Assembly: GCA_051362555.1 (NCBI GenBank)
Contig: CM120640.1
Location: forward strand, 66,070,788-66,134,787
Length of the DNA: 64,000 nt
Reading direction: 5' to 3'
From: Lingula anatina
Taxonomy: Eukaryota; Animalia; Brachiopoda
Shown in pieces: positions 38,635 through 53,100 of this stretch (position 1 is the stretch's first letter; every line of letters starts with the position of its first letter). A program made the position numbers and the translations under genes. Below the pieces are notes generated by a model. It was given only the letters and a program-made list of their open reading frames with translations, was not told the origin of the DNA and ran no database searches.

Positions 38635-41600
38635 AGAATGAATGTGCTCTTCAATCAATTATTCATTTCTTATATTGGAAGTGCAGCTTATACAGCAGAA
38701 TAAACTGGGTGGTTTTGAAACCAGCTGCTGCATATGATAATCAGCTTCTAAGAGGCATAACAACAGTAATGACCTGCTATATTCAGATAATTTTCTTAGA
38801 ATGGAAAGCTGTGGGATAATACTACGTGAGTACAACATCCTCTTTAGATAAATCATCTATGTGGAATTGCCCCAGATAACTACCAGCTGAGAAGATGGAC
38901 AAATGGTAGAGGGGAGGCTGTGTAATCTTTGGGGTGGGGGACTTTTTTTTTTCAGTCAAATAATACCAAGCATCATAGTCAGATACATATGCTAATATTG
39001 ACAGAGCTTTTTCCAGTGTGTGTACGTGTGCATTAGCAGGAAGCTTCTATCATTAGCAACCATAGTTCAGTGTAGGTTTAATACTCTTGGATCACAAGAA
39101 GTCAGCATGCAGTACAATTTAAGTATATTTGAATAGGAGGTACTGCTTTATTCTTGCATCAGCTTTGAATTTTCTACCTTACGTAAATGAGGCTTGAGCA
39201 AACTGTGCCAGGTAATGCAATAATGCAACATGATACATTGTAACACTGATTATTGTTATGGTCAATAAACAGTGTAACAACAATTCCTACCCTTGGGGGA
39301 CTTTTATGCCACAGGTGTCCAGTTGCAGCACCTCTTTAACACTGTGGCCCTGTGGTGTATGCTATACATCATATGATCAGCTGAGTAGACAGTTTTCAGG
39401 TGTTGTTTTTGCGTGTACCTGGACAGAGTGCAGACACCATGCAATCCTTGTGACACTGGCCTCTTCTTAGATGGCAGCAAGGGTGTTCAAGCTGTGAAGT
39501 CAAGTGAAAAGAACCAGTTTTCTTACAATGTTGAATTATCCACTGACTGCCTTTTAGTACTTCAGATTAGGCAATATTTCACAGTGAAGCAATCGGGTGT
39601 GGCTGGTAGATTTAATTGTGGATTTCTGGTTGTTTGAGTTTTTTGTTGATAAACTTTTAAGTGAAAGATAACTTTTTCTGTGCCCATTGCGTATTGTAAA
39701 TAACCAATATGGCATCCATCTGCAGTATGGCAGATATAATGAAAACTTTTTAAAAAATGGATGTTCTTAAATTTGTTGCTGGTCCCTCTCACTGATTGAT
39801 TTCATTTTTCTACTGACCCTTGAAAATGTTATAGATCATGGTTTGGTAGGACTGACAGTTTCACAATGACTGGAATGGTTTTCAGATATTTATTAAGGAT
39901 AAATAAAGTTAGTTTCTATAATAATAATAATAATATAGCTTTTCTTTACATGCAATCATTCCATATTGTATTTATGGTCCTTTTTCTTTCTTTTACAGCA
40001 ATATCATTCTTTGAACATATCAATCTCATGTATGGTACAATATCTGAGTACTGTACACCGGCTGGGTGCAACTCCATGACAGGTCCTGGTGGCACGTAAG
40101 TACAGCATGGATTTGTACAATAATTGGTTCATGATAGTGCGCACTTGAATGTGAGAATTAGTCAGCTGCCATGACAGTTAGTGTCCACTGTCTTTGTGGT
40201 GGTAAAAATGTGTCTGTATGTGTGTTATAGTAGTGAGGCATGTAAAGGCTTTGTTGTATGCTGCAGAAGGGGGGGGGGGAGGGAATGAGGGGACCCCTTT
40301 CTAAAATGGCAGAGATTTAGATCTCATTTCTTACCAAAAGGTGAGGAAAGACTGGTCTGATGTCAGTAGAAGACTGTTGAGGTGGAGGGTCAAAGGAAAA
40401 TGCCCCTTTCCTTCTTGATACCCTGGATCTGCCAGCGTACATGTAATGGTGAATACATGTGTGACTGTCTTCTGTCAATTTGGGACGCTGTCTTTGAAAC
40501 ACTCCATCATGTGTGAAAGATCCATGTAGCAAACCTGATAACCTGTCACTAAAGGACCAGCCATATACCATTTTCAGCATATTGCTTATCAAACCCAACC
40601 AACACCAGCAGCCACAATGCAAACAGGGAATGATAACCTATTTATTTTGAAACACTATAGTGGTTGTTTTGCAGCATGTTTCAGTTGGTCCTATGAAATG
40701 TCATCTGGCCTGACTCAGACTGAAGATAATTTGAACATAGATTATTGGATTCAGCATCAAATGAGATGGAGATTGCACCTCACCCAGGGTTTTAACTTAC
40801 CTGTTCAGTGCTATACAGTTTAAATGTATCTTCTTGTGTACCTGATACCTGCCTGGGGGTGAAATCAGGGAAACCTTGCTCTGATTTAAAAAATAAAATG
40901 AAGAAATTCAGTAACTTGGTGTATTTAACACTGATATGCATTTTTGCAACTGACTTTTAGAATTTTTGTTTTCGGTAAATTTGGATCATAATATTAACCA
41001 ATAAATCAAACATACCTGTGTCATCCATAAAATAACTGAATGTTTACTTGATTTACAGTTAAAAGTATTCAACAAATTAAATAATTTGGTTTTACTCTGT
41101 ATTTGAATACTAGAAATATTTTAGAACAAACATATATGGTGGAAAGTTTTGAGATATAATTGTGGATGAAAGAAGCAGCTTGATCAGTTGAAGATTAAAC
41201 ATGTGGAAAGTTTGCTAATGACAGATAGTGGTCCTTTATGTCTGAAGAATTTCTTATTTTTAATGCGTGGATGAAAGTTTTCAGTGCAGAGTGAAAGTTT
41301 TCAGGATTGTGCCTGATTTCAGGATTTGTAGTCTTCATATTGATCTTTTTTTTTTTTTTTAACATGCTCTAAATGCAATAAGAAATTGCAAGCTACATTT
41401 TCAGAATTTTCAGTATTTACAACTTTCACCCATGTTAATTTGATGTACCCTATAAAATGTAAATAAAATGTTTGGAAGAAACATAACTAGATGGTTATGT
41501 TAGTCTAGTTTCTTTTTCATTCTTTTTCATTTAAAGGACACTATTTTAAGCACAAAAAAAACTGTGAATCACCAAAGGTGATATTTGTGGGACATTAAAG

Positions 41601-42447
41601 TGCTCTTTGTGATTTTAGGCAATATTTGTGGTTTGATGAGAAAGGGAAGAAGTGCAAATGTGCTGCTCCACAGTATGTGGACTTTGTGATGACATTTATA
41701 CAGAAAACAATCAGTGAAGAATCGGTCTTCCCCACAAAATATGGTAAGTACCTTGTTCATGTAGCTATACACACTGTTATTCCCAATAGTATGGCACTAT
41801 CCAGTTCAATAGCTCTTTTTATGACTGTCATATCTTATGTAAAGGTCACTGGTTACATATTCAATTTGAGTCATCGTTTTTTTTTTATGATTGTGTATTT
41901 GTGATGGTTTGATGTACTGAATATGAATTTTTTGTTCATAATTGCTCTCAGAAAGTCCAGAACAATTTTGTGAGACGTTACAGAGAATTGCATACTCATT
42001 TGCTTCTCATTTATATAATTAATTAATGATAGTTTCTCAGTACTCATTGGAATATTTTATGCCCTGAGAAGTATTACACTCAAGAGGGGTGTCATTTTAA
42101 AATAATTTCTTGATGAAGACCTATTTTCTCTTTCAGGCAATCCGTTTCCCTCATCATTTGAAGTACTGGTGAAGAAGATACACAGATACTTGTTCCATGT
42201 CTTGGCGCATATATATCATGCACATTATAAAGAAATGGTGACGTTTGGAATACATGGACATCTGAATACAGTGTTCAAACACTTCATGACTATGAATAAA
42301 GAATTCAAACTTATTGATGAGAAAGAGACCGATATTTTAGACAGTTTGTGTCGATCACTGGAAGTAACAGAGAAATTAGCTGACAGAGACCAGACAGAAG
42401 ACAAGGAAAATATCCAAGGTGCTACTGCCGCAACTGCTGTATCTTAG
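28972..42447 (+). CDS. MOB2: MOB kinase activator 2 (NDR/Tricornered co-regulator)
   Basis: Exons 28972-28988 (MDWFMG|gtaaga, cf. MOB2 N-terminus MDWLMG), 38393-38559 (KSRRKDKDS...NEWLATN), 39999-40095 (FFEHINLMYGTISEYCT...MTGP), 41619-41743 (YLWFDEKGKKCKCAAPQYVDFVM...FPTKYG), 42137-42447 (FHVLAHIYHAH...HLNTVFKHF). All GT-AG and phase-consistent; the Mob zinc-ligand Cys/His residues are present. Confidence 0.95.
31232..31294. repeat. (AT)n microsatellite
   Basis: Direct reading. Confidence 0.99.
32341..32372 (+). CDS. MOB2: MOB2 candidate alternative first coding exon (MLNSLNILWKG)
   Basis: gccatcATG context, open frame to GG|GTATGT; phase 2 matches the exon at 38393. Confidence 0.6.
37029..37048 (+). 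CDS. MOB2: MOB2 candidate alternative first coding exon (MFMLSLW)
   Basis: aagATG TTT ATG CTG AGT TTA TG|GTAAGA; phase 2 matches the exon at 38393. Confidence 0.4.
38578..38632. repeat. (TG)n microsatellite just downstream of a MOB2 donor
   Basis: Direct reading. Confidence 0.99.
41266..41434. mobile_element. MITE-like element in a MOB2 intron
   Basis: Imperfect TIRs CGTGGATGAAAGTT / AACTTTCACCCATG, internal tttcagga repeats, flanks ttaatg / ttaatt. Confidence 0.55.
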
Positions 42448-43954
42448 TAATCGCACATGTCGTGAAGTTGCCATGTATCTATCTGTATCTTCAGGATGTG
42501 TCCTAATGCAGCAGCCACTGCAGTTATGTCATTGCAGGAACACAGAGCAGCAGCTTATGTTTTTGGTCTGACCAGGCTTGGCAAAAGCATTGATTTTGCT
42601 TTGAGAAGACTAAATGTAGTAAAACTGCATCTATTTTGTTGTGATCAGAATGCTGTGTCACAATGGCTGGAATAGCTGCTGTAGCATACATACTGTGGTA
42701 ATAACTGCATTTGTTATCATGGCTGCATAAGGTGCTGCATTGAAACCGGTCTTTTATTGTTTTGTGTTATCTTGTTATATGATACATATTGAATGATGAT
42801 AGCTCTTGATAGCTGTATTGTGAGCAAATCGCCCAAATAATGTTATTGCACTTATGTAAATGTTTATAGGGAACTGCCTCGGAAAGTTCTATCTGACATA
42901 TAAATGTTGTATTGTTGATATATCCAGATAACATCAACATGCAGTGGCATAGTCATGTCTTCAGTATGCATCTATATTAAAGGGTTTGTATGTATACAAT
43001 CCAAAAGAGATATCCATATTTATTGTGCTTTGCCGAAAACACTTAACACTCTAGTTAGGGAAATCTTGTTATTAAATGCAGCATTTCATTTTGTTGTTGG
43101 GAAGTAGATCAGACTCTTTTGCTTGATTGTTATCTGCACTTTTAAATTAAGATTATGATTACTGTAGTATGTTTCTGGTGAAGGTTTGCCAAAGCTCTCA
43201 TAAATGTCTGATTATTTTTTTTCCGAAATATCACGGCCCTTAAAATACTGCCTCCAAGCTACTTCTATTCCTTGTTGATCTTAAAATGGCATACTAATTA
43301 AAACCCAGTTATACTAGTTCCCATTGGCTTTAATTCTAGCAACTGGCTTTCTTGTATAAGTTGTGAAACATTGGTTCATGCTGTTGTTTGTTCACTAAGC
43401 TACAAACCAAAGCTTTGAAAGTGCTGCTTTTATTTGTGCAACAGAAACCAAATGCACTAAAATAAATCCAAAATGAGAGGCCAAAGATAAGGAGTCACGA
43501 ACTTGCTAGTATTTTATTGGCTATGTTGTGCCAATTTAATGGTGTATTTGTACAAACAGTAGACAGGTGAAGTCATAGTATCCAAATTTTCTGCATACAA
43601 ACCCAGGTTTAGGTTGTGATGGTTTTCATATATACTAGGGTATTATGTACTATCCGGGAAAAGGGGGGGGGGGGTGAATTTTGTTCAACTATTTGTAATG
43701 ATATTGGAGCTAATATATTCTTTAAAAGATATAGGCTTTGTGCATTGGTTTCAGTGTTATCAACTGAAACCACTTCAGTACATGTCATATTGTTATTGAC
43801 ATACACTGCTCTGATTACTGGTTGCACATGCTTTATTTAAAGAGTGCACAACTTATATTATGTTTAATTTATTTGTCAGTTAATGTTTACAGTGTATGAT
43901 GTATACTAATCAGAATTGTGCCATAAGTTGTTTTTTCTCTTAATAGAAGACTAT

Positions 43955-43960
43955 AATAAA
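43955..43960 (+). terminator. Candidate MOB2 polyadenylation signal
   Basis: AATAAA ~1.5 kb after the stop, followed by a GT/T-rich stretch. Confidence 0.45.
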
Positions 43961-44444
43961 TTACAGCATACAGCCATTTTGTTAGTCACTGTTTCTTATA
44001 AAGCATGTCTTATTTCAGGGAGGGGGCTTAAAAGAACCATCATTTTGGTTGGAAAAAAAGCCCTATGAATTGAAATTTGATCTAGGATCTATGTACTTCC
44101 TCAAGTCAACTAAGGGAGTAAAGATGTCCACTTTTTGAGAAAAATGGCCCCCTCTGAAAACGCTGCTACATGCCTGTATACCCTTTATATCCATTGACAA
44201 CAACCACGTGTATCCAGTATCCATTTCCCCCACATATCCATTGGCAACCATCACATGTATCCAGTATTCATCACTCACTTAAATCAATTGTAACAATCTC
44301 TTTTACTCCATAGCAAAATAAAACTGCCTTCCCAATTGAATAAATTAAATTTCTATTGAGGCATGACCAAAAGGTCATACTGAAATTGTTCTGTTAACAT
44401 GAATATTTTGTTCATGAAAAATATTCTTTAGAGAGCGCTTTGGA

Positions 44445-45358
44445 TAGACGATATGAATGAAATGAGAGAAGAGACGTGGATTTTGCTTATCTGCTGCGAA
44501 AGTTGTTTAATGTAAATCACCAATATTCTCCTTTGAGTAGTATTTTCAAATCAATTCATGCAAGATTATTAAGAATAAAAACAGATCTGCCTTTGAAATT
44601 GGTAAACTTAACATACATAGCCAAATGGTGTTAATAAGTCTATTGCAACGTTTTAATGGCAAATTTTGCAGTAGCACAGATTTTTAGCCTTTGTTGGGAT
44701 GATGGAAGTTCTCCAAAGAAGTTATATCTAGGGTTTATACATGGATGAGGGCAAGGTGGCTTCACAAAAAGTTGAAACTTTCGTTTTCCATTCACGTGTG
44801 GTATATGTTCAGAGACCATGCCATATGTTAAAGTCGTGTTGTGTTGCGGCGATGCAGGATAATAAAGAGATTAAACGGTGAAAGTTGCTTATGTTATTAT
44901 TTGAATTTTGCATTTAAATGTCAGTAGCAGAGGCGAGATGCACTTTTAGTGCATAGTCCAATTGACACTCACATTTTGATAATAAGTAAATCTTGTGTGG
45001 AAAGCTTTATTTCACATTTCTGGACACAATGAGTCGAACTTCTTTTTGTACCTAGCATGTCAAGAATTGCCACTTGGCACTATAACTGGCACATTTTTCG
45101 AGTTCTGTTTTTTCTAAACGAAGGCGGGATTTTATTTACATGCCGTAGGTACATTGCACGCGTGAAAGACTCGGACGTTTTTGTTCTTCCCAAAGGTTGT
45201 TTGAAATTGGTCTCGTTGACAGAATTTGCACATGCCTCAGTCTTTTACGTTGAATGTGCATAGCCCAGAGTAGACGATTTGAATGAAACGAGAGAAAAAT
45301 AGACGTGAACTTTGCTTACCTGTTGCAAAACTTGTGTTTAATGTAAGTGACCAAATAT
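44445..45358. repeat. Dispersed ~85-bp direct repeat (44445-44527 and 45271-45358)
   Basis: tagacgat(a/t)tgaatgaaa(t/c)gagagaa...agacgtg...tttgctta(t/c)ctg...tgtttaatgtaa...accaa in both copies. Confidence 0.85.
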
Positions 45359-46906
45359 GAAGGTATGATGCTAGGTTAGTAAATAATATTTGAATGGTAG
45401 GGAATGAAGTGAATGTCATTCGTTCAAACTGTATAAGAACCGGCGGTTTTTTCCAATTTTGAAGGTACAGCCTTGTTGATAATGTGGTTATTTATAGCGT
45501 AATAGTTCCACACCCAGCTCTTTACCTCGCGTAGGCATTTTCCATTGGTTTTTGACTTGGAGTTCTTTAAAATTGCGACACCCATATCTTGTTACAACCG
45601 TTAAAAGGGTAAACGACTTTTAAGGCATGGGGTCGAATTTTGTATCATAATAAACCGATTTTTGTGATTGATGTCCATTATATGATGTAAACATGCTAAT
45701 TTTGCAATATTTAATCTTCATAAAAAATTAAAATTTGAAGTCACGCTAGCGCTGAGGGTTTTTTAATCGAAAAATGCATTGGGATATATATACAATGTTT
45801 CGAATGAATGAATAGAAAAAGCATAAAAGTAGACACGTGGCGTTTGACTTTAAATGACTATAAATCTATAATATAAATCCTTGATATACAAGCATTTATG
45901 ACGCATTCGAAGATTAGGAGTACGTCATGTTATTCAAAAGAATTAAAAAATAGTAATGGTTAAATAGAAAAATAGAACCCAAAGCACTTTGTTGTATTCC
46001 ATATTAAGTTACTTGCAGTGAAAAAAGGAGGGGCGCCGTGGGCCAAGGGTCGTTATTTAGTAAGGAAAAGCTTTGCAAAGAAAGTCTAGTTTGCTATTCA
46101 TTGCAGTGCGCAGATGTGTCTAGAATTTTTATCACGTACTGATCATTTACTTCATTTGGTAACATGCACGTTATATCCAATATCTCCTTTAGTCTTTTAT
46201 ATTGTGCAAGTTCCATCGGATGATTCATTCTTTTTCATAAGTTAATGTTTATATTCTGATAACTTTCCAGTACATGTCAAAAGATTATATAATTTTTTTC
46301 ACGTTCAACTATTCAAATAAAACTGGTAAGGTGTGCATGAAAGGGTAAAGCTCGGACCCGGTTTGGTCCAAAGGTAAAGTTTGGAAATTATTGGCAATAG
46401 TACATGACCTTTGCACAATTCTTGCATCGCAAATTGGCTTAATATTTAAGAATGTTTTGAGCACTTATTTGAAAATTTGGATAATTTTGAAAATTTGGAT
46501 AATTTGTTTTATCTGGGTACGTATAACTGAACGACAGATCGTATCACAGTATCACCTAAGGTAAAGACGCACCTGTAGAGATAAACTTAAACTTGGTATA
46601 AAACACCCCAGCTTTCGACACGTCTTCTTCGAGGACCTCGATTTTTATAGACGCGTTTTTAGTTTAATTTATTTGTTTCTTAAACCAAATCAACACGGTG
46701 ATAATGATAAATCATCACAGTATCAACTGATACGCAATCCGTCTCACCTGACACATCGGGTCGCACTGTAAGGCACGCGGCACACTGAGCTGGTTTCATA
46801 GGAGCTGTAGCCTGAAATCTGGTCAAAACTTTTAGACCAAAACTTTTGTCAACTTTGACCCAAGACAAATCGATATATCAGTCCAATCGAATGAAATGCT
46901 ACACCC

Positions 46907-47030
46907 GTTTTACAATAAGAGAGGCACGGATCGTGTTTCAGACCAGTTCTAGCTTGATTTTTAGTGGACTACTATGGATTTATCTTGAGCTGAAGTAGAC
47001 CAGTTTGGAGGCTGTTGTAAAACCGTCCCC
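46907..47030. mobile_element. Possible decayed MITE
   Basis: GTTTTACAA ... TTGTAAAAC 9-bp inverted ends, internal agaccagtt repeated. Confidence 0.3.
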
Positions 47031-50000
47031 ATAACCACCAAATGTTGACCTCAAGCCCAATGGTGCGTTGGGGACACGGTGTCACTTTCACGAGAACACC
47101 ACTTATCACTGCCACAGTTGACATCGAACCGCTGTCTGTACCAGGGAGCAACTCTGACAGTAGAAAACAAATCGTAATGGGAAATTAATTTCCATGTGAA
47201 TGCTATAAAAGTACACACTTGTAAAGCGTTGCCCAGTGGGAGCAAGAGTTTAACATTTGTCAAATGACGCTGTTTAGATCAAAGGTTAGGATTGTGAACA
47301 AAATTTGAAGTAGAAAATATTGAAGTGTTTATAACTTTTATTTTTATTACTTTTATTACTTTAAATAAACAAGTCTCTCTAGATTATACACTTACTGGTG
47401 TCAAGGAATTAGAAAAGATACCCAGTTCCTTGCTATTACGTAACCTTAGCGTGTGCCAGCACGAGTACAGCGATGGACCCGGCTGTTGATCTGTGGGTTG
47501 CAAAGGCCAATTTAGTCCACAGGTGACACAATTCCATTCGTCAAGGGATGCACCTGGTGAAAGAGGTTTTACTTGCAGTTCACACTGGGTTACTCTAGAC
47601 GTTTGCTTTTATTTCAAAATATGTCCTCAAAAGGAAAGAAAAGAGATGACAGCTACATTCCAACACCAGCGCTCCTTAGTTTTTGGAAAAGGGTTTTTAA
47701 GGTGCCAGATAGCAAACTGGAGACCGTTTACTCAAGTCCCCATACCCCGGTTGTCCATTAGAAGGGTTGAACAGTCTTTTCAACGAGTTGGGATAAAGAT
47801 CTATACATTGCCGTATTATACTATATATCATATATGACGTTGTGATATCGTTTGATCAATTTCGCCAAAATCAGTCGCGTTTTTTTTTTTTTGTTTTTGT
47901 TTTTTTTTCGCGTTTTATGATCACTGTAAGCAAAAATACATTTAAAACAATTGAAGCCAACGTATGTATTGAAAAGAACACGAATATGAAAGCCAATTTT
48001 TTATTGAGAAATATAGCATTGTACATATGAAGGGTACATCCTGTACAGGTTTACTGAGAAACACCACATGACCTTAATATGACACCGAAATCGTCCACGC
48101 TCGACATCTTCTCAAGAAAATGAGAAAGGTGTGTCAATATCTCGACAATCTCCCTGCGAACCGTTCTGGTCCGCACGCCCTTGCTCATCCGTGGTCGGGT
48201 ACACACACATTACAAGACAGCATCATATGAGCGTTGCTGCTCTAAACACAACGTGATGGCTATAGTTGGTCATGTAATGTAGAAATTATGCAAAAAGAAA
48301 TGATAAGCACTATTGTTAGGATTTGCTTGAACTCGTCGTGTAATAATGATACACGTGCATTTGGCGTTGTGGATCATATCCTGTTGTTATATACGCCATG
48401 GTTGGACTATTCCTATTGACCGCCCACTTTTCCCGTTTTTTTACGTCTACTACCCTCATTTAAAAATGAAAATATTGCATAACTAAAGGCTATTATTTTT
48501 ATTTCAATCACGGAAAGAGGCAAGACCATTTTAGAAATGCGTGTGGTGAGTTAAACATGTTTCAGTTGAAAATGTTCGAAATATTCAAAGGCTACGAGGG
48601 TAGAGAAACAGTCTAAAAAATGGTGCCGATTCCAGTTTTTGCATAGCTATGTAAGAATGGAATAACATTAACAGATTAATACAATAAGGAATCACAGTGT
48701 AACACAATATCAGCAGCAGTCCCCACAGTGTGTGTCCCTGATCATGTTGTATGAGTGCTACTTACAATTTGTACAGTTCTAGGGGTGACCATGCCTGTAA
48801 AAATTATGAACAAAATATAACGACATTTAGTTTTTATCCGTCGGTTAGTAAAAAGCAGAATAGCATCATCTGTAATCTATTATCCGTCGGTTAGGATAGG
48901 ATTTACTTGAAAACTCATAACCAAACTCACAGAACTAATATACATGTATACTCCTATTAACGGAAAATTAATCATAATAAACTATTAATTACTATAATTA
49001 TTGCTGTTGTCATCATTATCATAAACTTAGTGCGGACTTTCGTCTCAAGAACCATACACTTATTGTTTTGTCCCCGTCTTCGTATATGAAGCTATGTTAG
49101 ATTCTGCCGAAGCCTGGTGAAAATTGCTTATGATGAATTTTAGATAAAAAACATAAATAAGGTTCAATGTAACAAAGGTAACATGAATTCATGACTCTGA
49201 TATTCCAATGTAACGTAATTAAAAAATAACAAGGTACGTTAAACAAGAATATAATACGTTGCCGTTGTTCCGACTACCTTATATGAACATAATATAACAT
49301 GCCATGTTGTCTGAATCAATTCATAGTGATCAGTTACCCAGGTCAAGGCCGAGGTGTACAAGGTCAAGGTTATGCTGTCCCAGGCCAAGGCCACAAGTTT
49401 AAAATTTAGTCTTTTAAAACTATTAATAATAAATAGATTAATATTGTTGCAATTTGGCTCCCTTAAATCTATTTCATTTGTGTGGAAGGGTTTATTGTGT
49501 ATTGGTAAAGAAAAGGCCATCTAGAGAATTACCTTGCCACTGGTTCTTTAACCAAATAGTTATTTTACTATTAAATTGGAACCAAGAATTCTTAATGGCT
49601 GGGACTAAATTTGAAAGTATTAAGAATTAGCTCAACTTATCACCTACATCATATAAAGGACATACTTTTCTGGCTAAGCCCCATTCGTAATATACCAATT
49701 ACTAGAATCATTGGATTTTTAATTAATATGCAGTTACCACTCCAGAAGTGTAAGATATAATTTCCCCTTTAATTAGCATAACAAACTTGTGACTAAATAT
49801 AGGTAAATATGTACACCTTAAATAATTGATTTACATATTCTTTTAATCAGGATAAGACACTTTCCCGTGGGAATGCCTTTAGCATATTTACTACGAGATT
49901 TGTGTTGCGGCGTGCTTCAAACAGCATCAAATGGATGCCTAACACGATCTTTCAATACTTTTCCAATTAAAGTCGATACACCCACACCCAGGTGTGGTAG

Positions 50001-50166
50001 ACTTGAACCCGGTAGCACCGAATCTAACAACGCCCCTCGAAAGAGAAACGTCTTCGTAGGAATGGACTTAAAGGACTTAATAACTACAGTCCGTCTTTAT
50101 GGCTTCCTTCCTTCTTATCACTTTCGGCCCTGAAAGGCAAAAACAGGTTTATCGTTGTCAATGGCA

Positions 50167-53100
50167 TCATTTTCTGAATAAACCCGACTTCTTTTTGCCC
50201 AAACTTCCATCGTCCGGGGCATATTTGATCATGTAATTATATACATTGGCCATCTTTTTGCCGGGATCGCTTTCAAACTTTGCATAGACTGCCAGCAAAT
50301 AGTTCCCAGGACGAATCATGTTGATGAAAAATTTAGCGATTTTGTTGCTGTCTTCCCTCACAATGGTGACATTGTCTCTGTGGTCCTCATCTGGCTCGCG
50401 AAGGAAATGGTAAGACACTTGTAAAGTTTCAGGGACGCTAAATTCTACGACGATTTGGTTGGTAGAGTTGAGCTTGATTTTAGGATCTCGATAATTGATA
50501 CATTTCATGCCAAATTTATCAAACAGCGAGGTGGGTCCCCACTTTTCCTTGCTCATGTGAGTTGAGGCATTCTCGGGGCGCGTGAGCTCCAGCTCTACAG
50601 GGTTGCTAACCTTGTCCACGTTGATGAGATATTTGCAGGCGTGTGCAAGAGTATGGTTATCAGAGGCTTCCACTGGGCGAGCGTAAATATCCAGTCCAAA
50701 TTGTCCAGTCTGCGGGAATTGTACGGACAGGGTTACAACATCACCAGAAATGCTCTGCTTCACAAAGCGATCCAAAAAATGATCGTCGATGCCGTTCATG
50801 CGCAATTTGGTCACAAAATGCAATTTTCGCGGCATACGGAACTGCATCTCCATGCTGTCAGACGTGGTAACAACGCCAGACTTGTGTGTGAGCGGGATGA
50901 GGTTAAAGTGGCGGACGCTCTTCTCAGGGCCCCATTCCCCAGCGGCGCAATTTGGAAGTGGGTGCATTTTGTTAGTCAATGTTTCACAGACAACGCGGAA
51001 TTTGCAAGCACATTTGAGTCGAAAAGGCATCATCGGGGCGTTAGGGTCCTCGCCAATTTTGTGAGAATCGTCGATTTTGTTTGCAAAAATCTCAAGGAAA
51101 TAATCTCCGGTAGTGGGCACGTGAACGCTGTAGATCACGTGGTCGTTCATCATGGACTGGAAGACAAAGCGGTCCAATTTTGCTCCTTTATAATCAGTTT
51201 CGTGCTTCTTTTCCTTCTGCGCGAATCTGAGTTGATAATGGAAGACGACGTCGCGCACGATGTCGGCGGAAACCCGTATTTTCACCTCGGCACCGCCGCG
51301 AGTATTAGTATAGATGACAGATTTTGGATTATCCAAAAAGTTCATCCCAAAGTGGAAAAAGACCGACCGAACGAAGGGAAGTTCCTCAAATTCTTTGATA
51401 GTGATTGGTGTGGGCAAGAGTTGCCAATCAGGGTCGTCTGCCATAAACTCCATGATGAACTCCTCTGGGTCTGTCAGGAAGTAATGCTCATCATACTGGT
51501 AGCGAATTTTGTCTCTTCTCTTTTCAGACTTTTCCACAGCCGGCGCGGCTTCGTTATCCTTGTTTAACACAAGATGTCTGAAAAAAATAATACCTATGAT
51601 TAACGTAATGGCATACTTCAGATAATTAATTGTCAGATACTATTTCAGTTGATATAATCTACGACGGTTGTTAAATTGGAAAAGGGTAGGTTCTCAGGCG
51701 TCTTTGTTTTGGAACACAATTCTTGATAAAAGAATACAGGGATGATATGAAGATTTGCTCAATTAAAGTAATAAACTTATTATTCTTGGATGATACAATA
51801 TTTATTTTGCATTATGTCACTTTATGTCGAAAATTACATCCATGAATTACATGTTTATGGATTGACTTTGTATACAGTTTCCTCTTTAATGTTAGATTAT
51901 CTGTAAATACCAAATGCTGTAGCCATCTTTTTTATGATTCAGAATACCAGCTTTCATAAGGCCTGTCAAAAGTCCATCTTAACTTGCTACATCTAAATTC
52001 AGGTGACACGCATGCCTGCACACAGTGGAATGTTAATCTATTAAAGCGTCTTGACGTGAAGGAGTAAACATATATTTCATTGACCTTCGATAGTTTACTG
52101 CCATATAACCATGTTGTCCTGTGGTAAGTCAATCACGTGACCTGGGTAAATTACACCGTGGCGTTCATGAGATGAATTCAAAATAATCTTCATCTAATCA
52201 TTCTTGACCTAAGGAAAGCGACTTCCTTTGCCTAATTTATGAATTATTTTACGCAAATAGTATCTGATTTGTATTCTGTTCAGGGCCTACACCGATCTGA
52301 ATCTTTATTTATGTTTTATGAAATAACAGGACCGGAAAACAAGCTGTTTGGGGAAACTGGTACAGACTTGGAGAGGCAAAGTGACAAGAGATAACATATG
52401 GCCATGCATCGCACTCTTGCTCCTCGCCCTTATAATATGAGAAAATGAAAGTAAATACAGTTCTAAATACAAGCATTTTAACTGTCATTAGATATTTAAT
52501 GCTCTGTCATTTTCTACACAAATTATAACACTAAGACGATAGTTATTGTCCCGATTGAAGATATTTGTCCTATCATTTGCATTTGATCTCACGACAGAAA
52601 GAATAAACTACATGTCTTTTTTTTTATGCATAAGTTGGGACAGAAATGGGAGCCGCCATATTTGCAAGTGTCGATCAACCCAAACTACAGATTAAATACA
52701 GCCGTGCGTGACTGAAGCCATTTCTTTAATGACCATTGAATCCAAAACTTCTCCCAAAGACGACCATGCCGTGTTCTACAGAAGGATGCAATAAAACGTA
52801 TGTGGATACACAGAAGGGGAACATAAAATAAATTTGCTTAATGAATTCAGTGGGTGTTGAATACAAAGGGAGAGATCCAAATTAACGATCAGGTGGTCTG
52901 CTATATGCCCAGATTTTATATTTTAGAGTTATGAACTTATGACCTTCTATCTACGTGTAGGCTATCCGAGCTTTATTGCCATGTAATAAAATATTCACAG
53001 AATTAAATTAAAATAAAATTGTTATAAATTACTTTATGTGATTTTTATTAAAAAGTACATAGCATCATTTTCACTTCTCAACACTCAGTAGAAATTCCAC

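Noticed and set aside
49340-49397. Cluster of CAAGGYCA nuclear-receptor-like half sites
   Set aside because: Short low-complexity motif repeat downstream of the hillarin-like stop; no independent support.
50641-51567. 308-aa plus-strand ORF
   Set aside because: Exact antisense shadow of the large hillarin-like last exon; non-ATG start, no recognisable domain.
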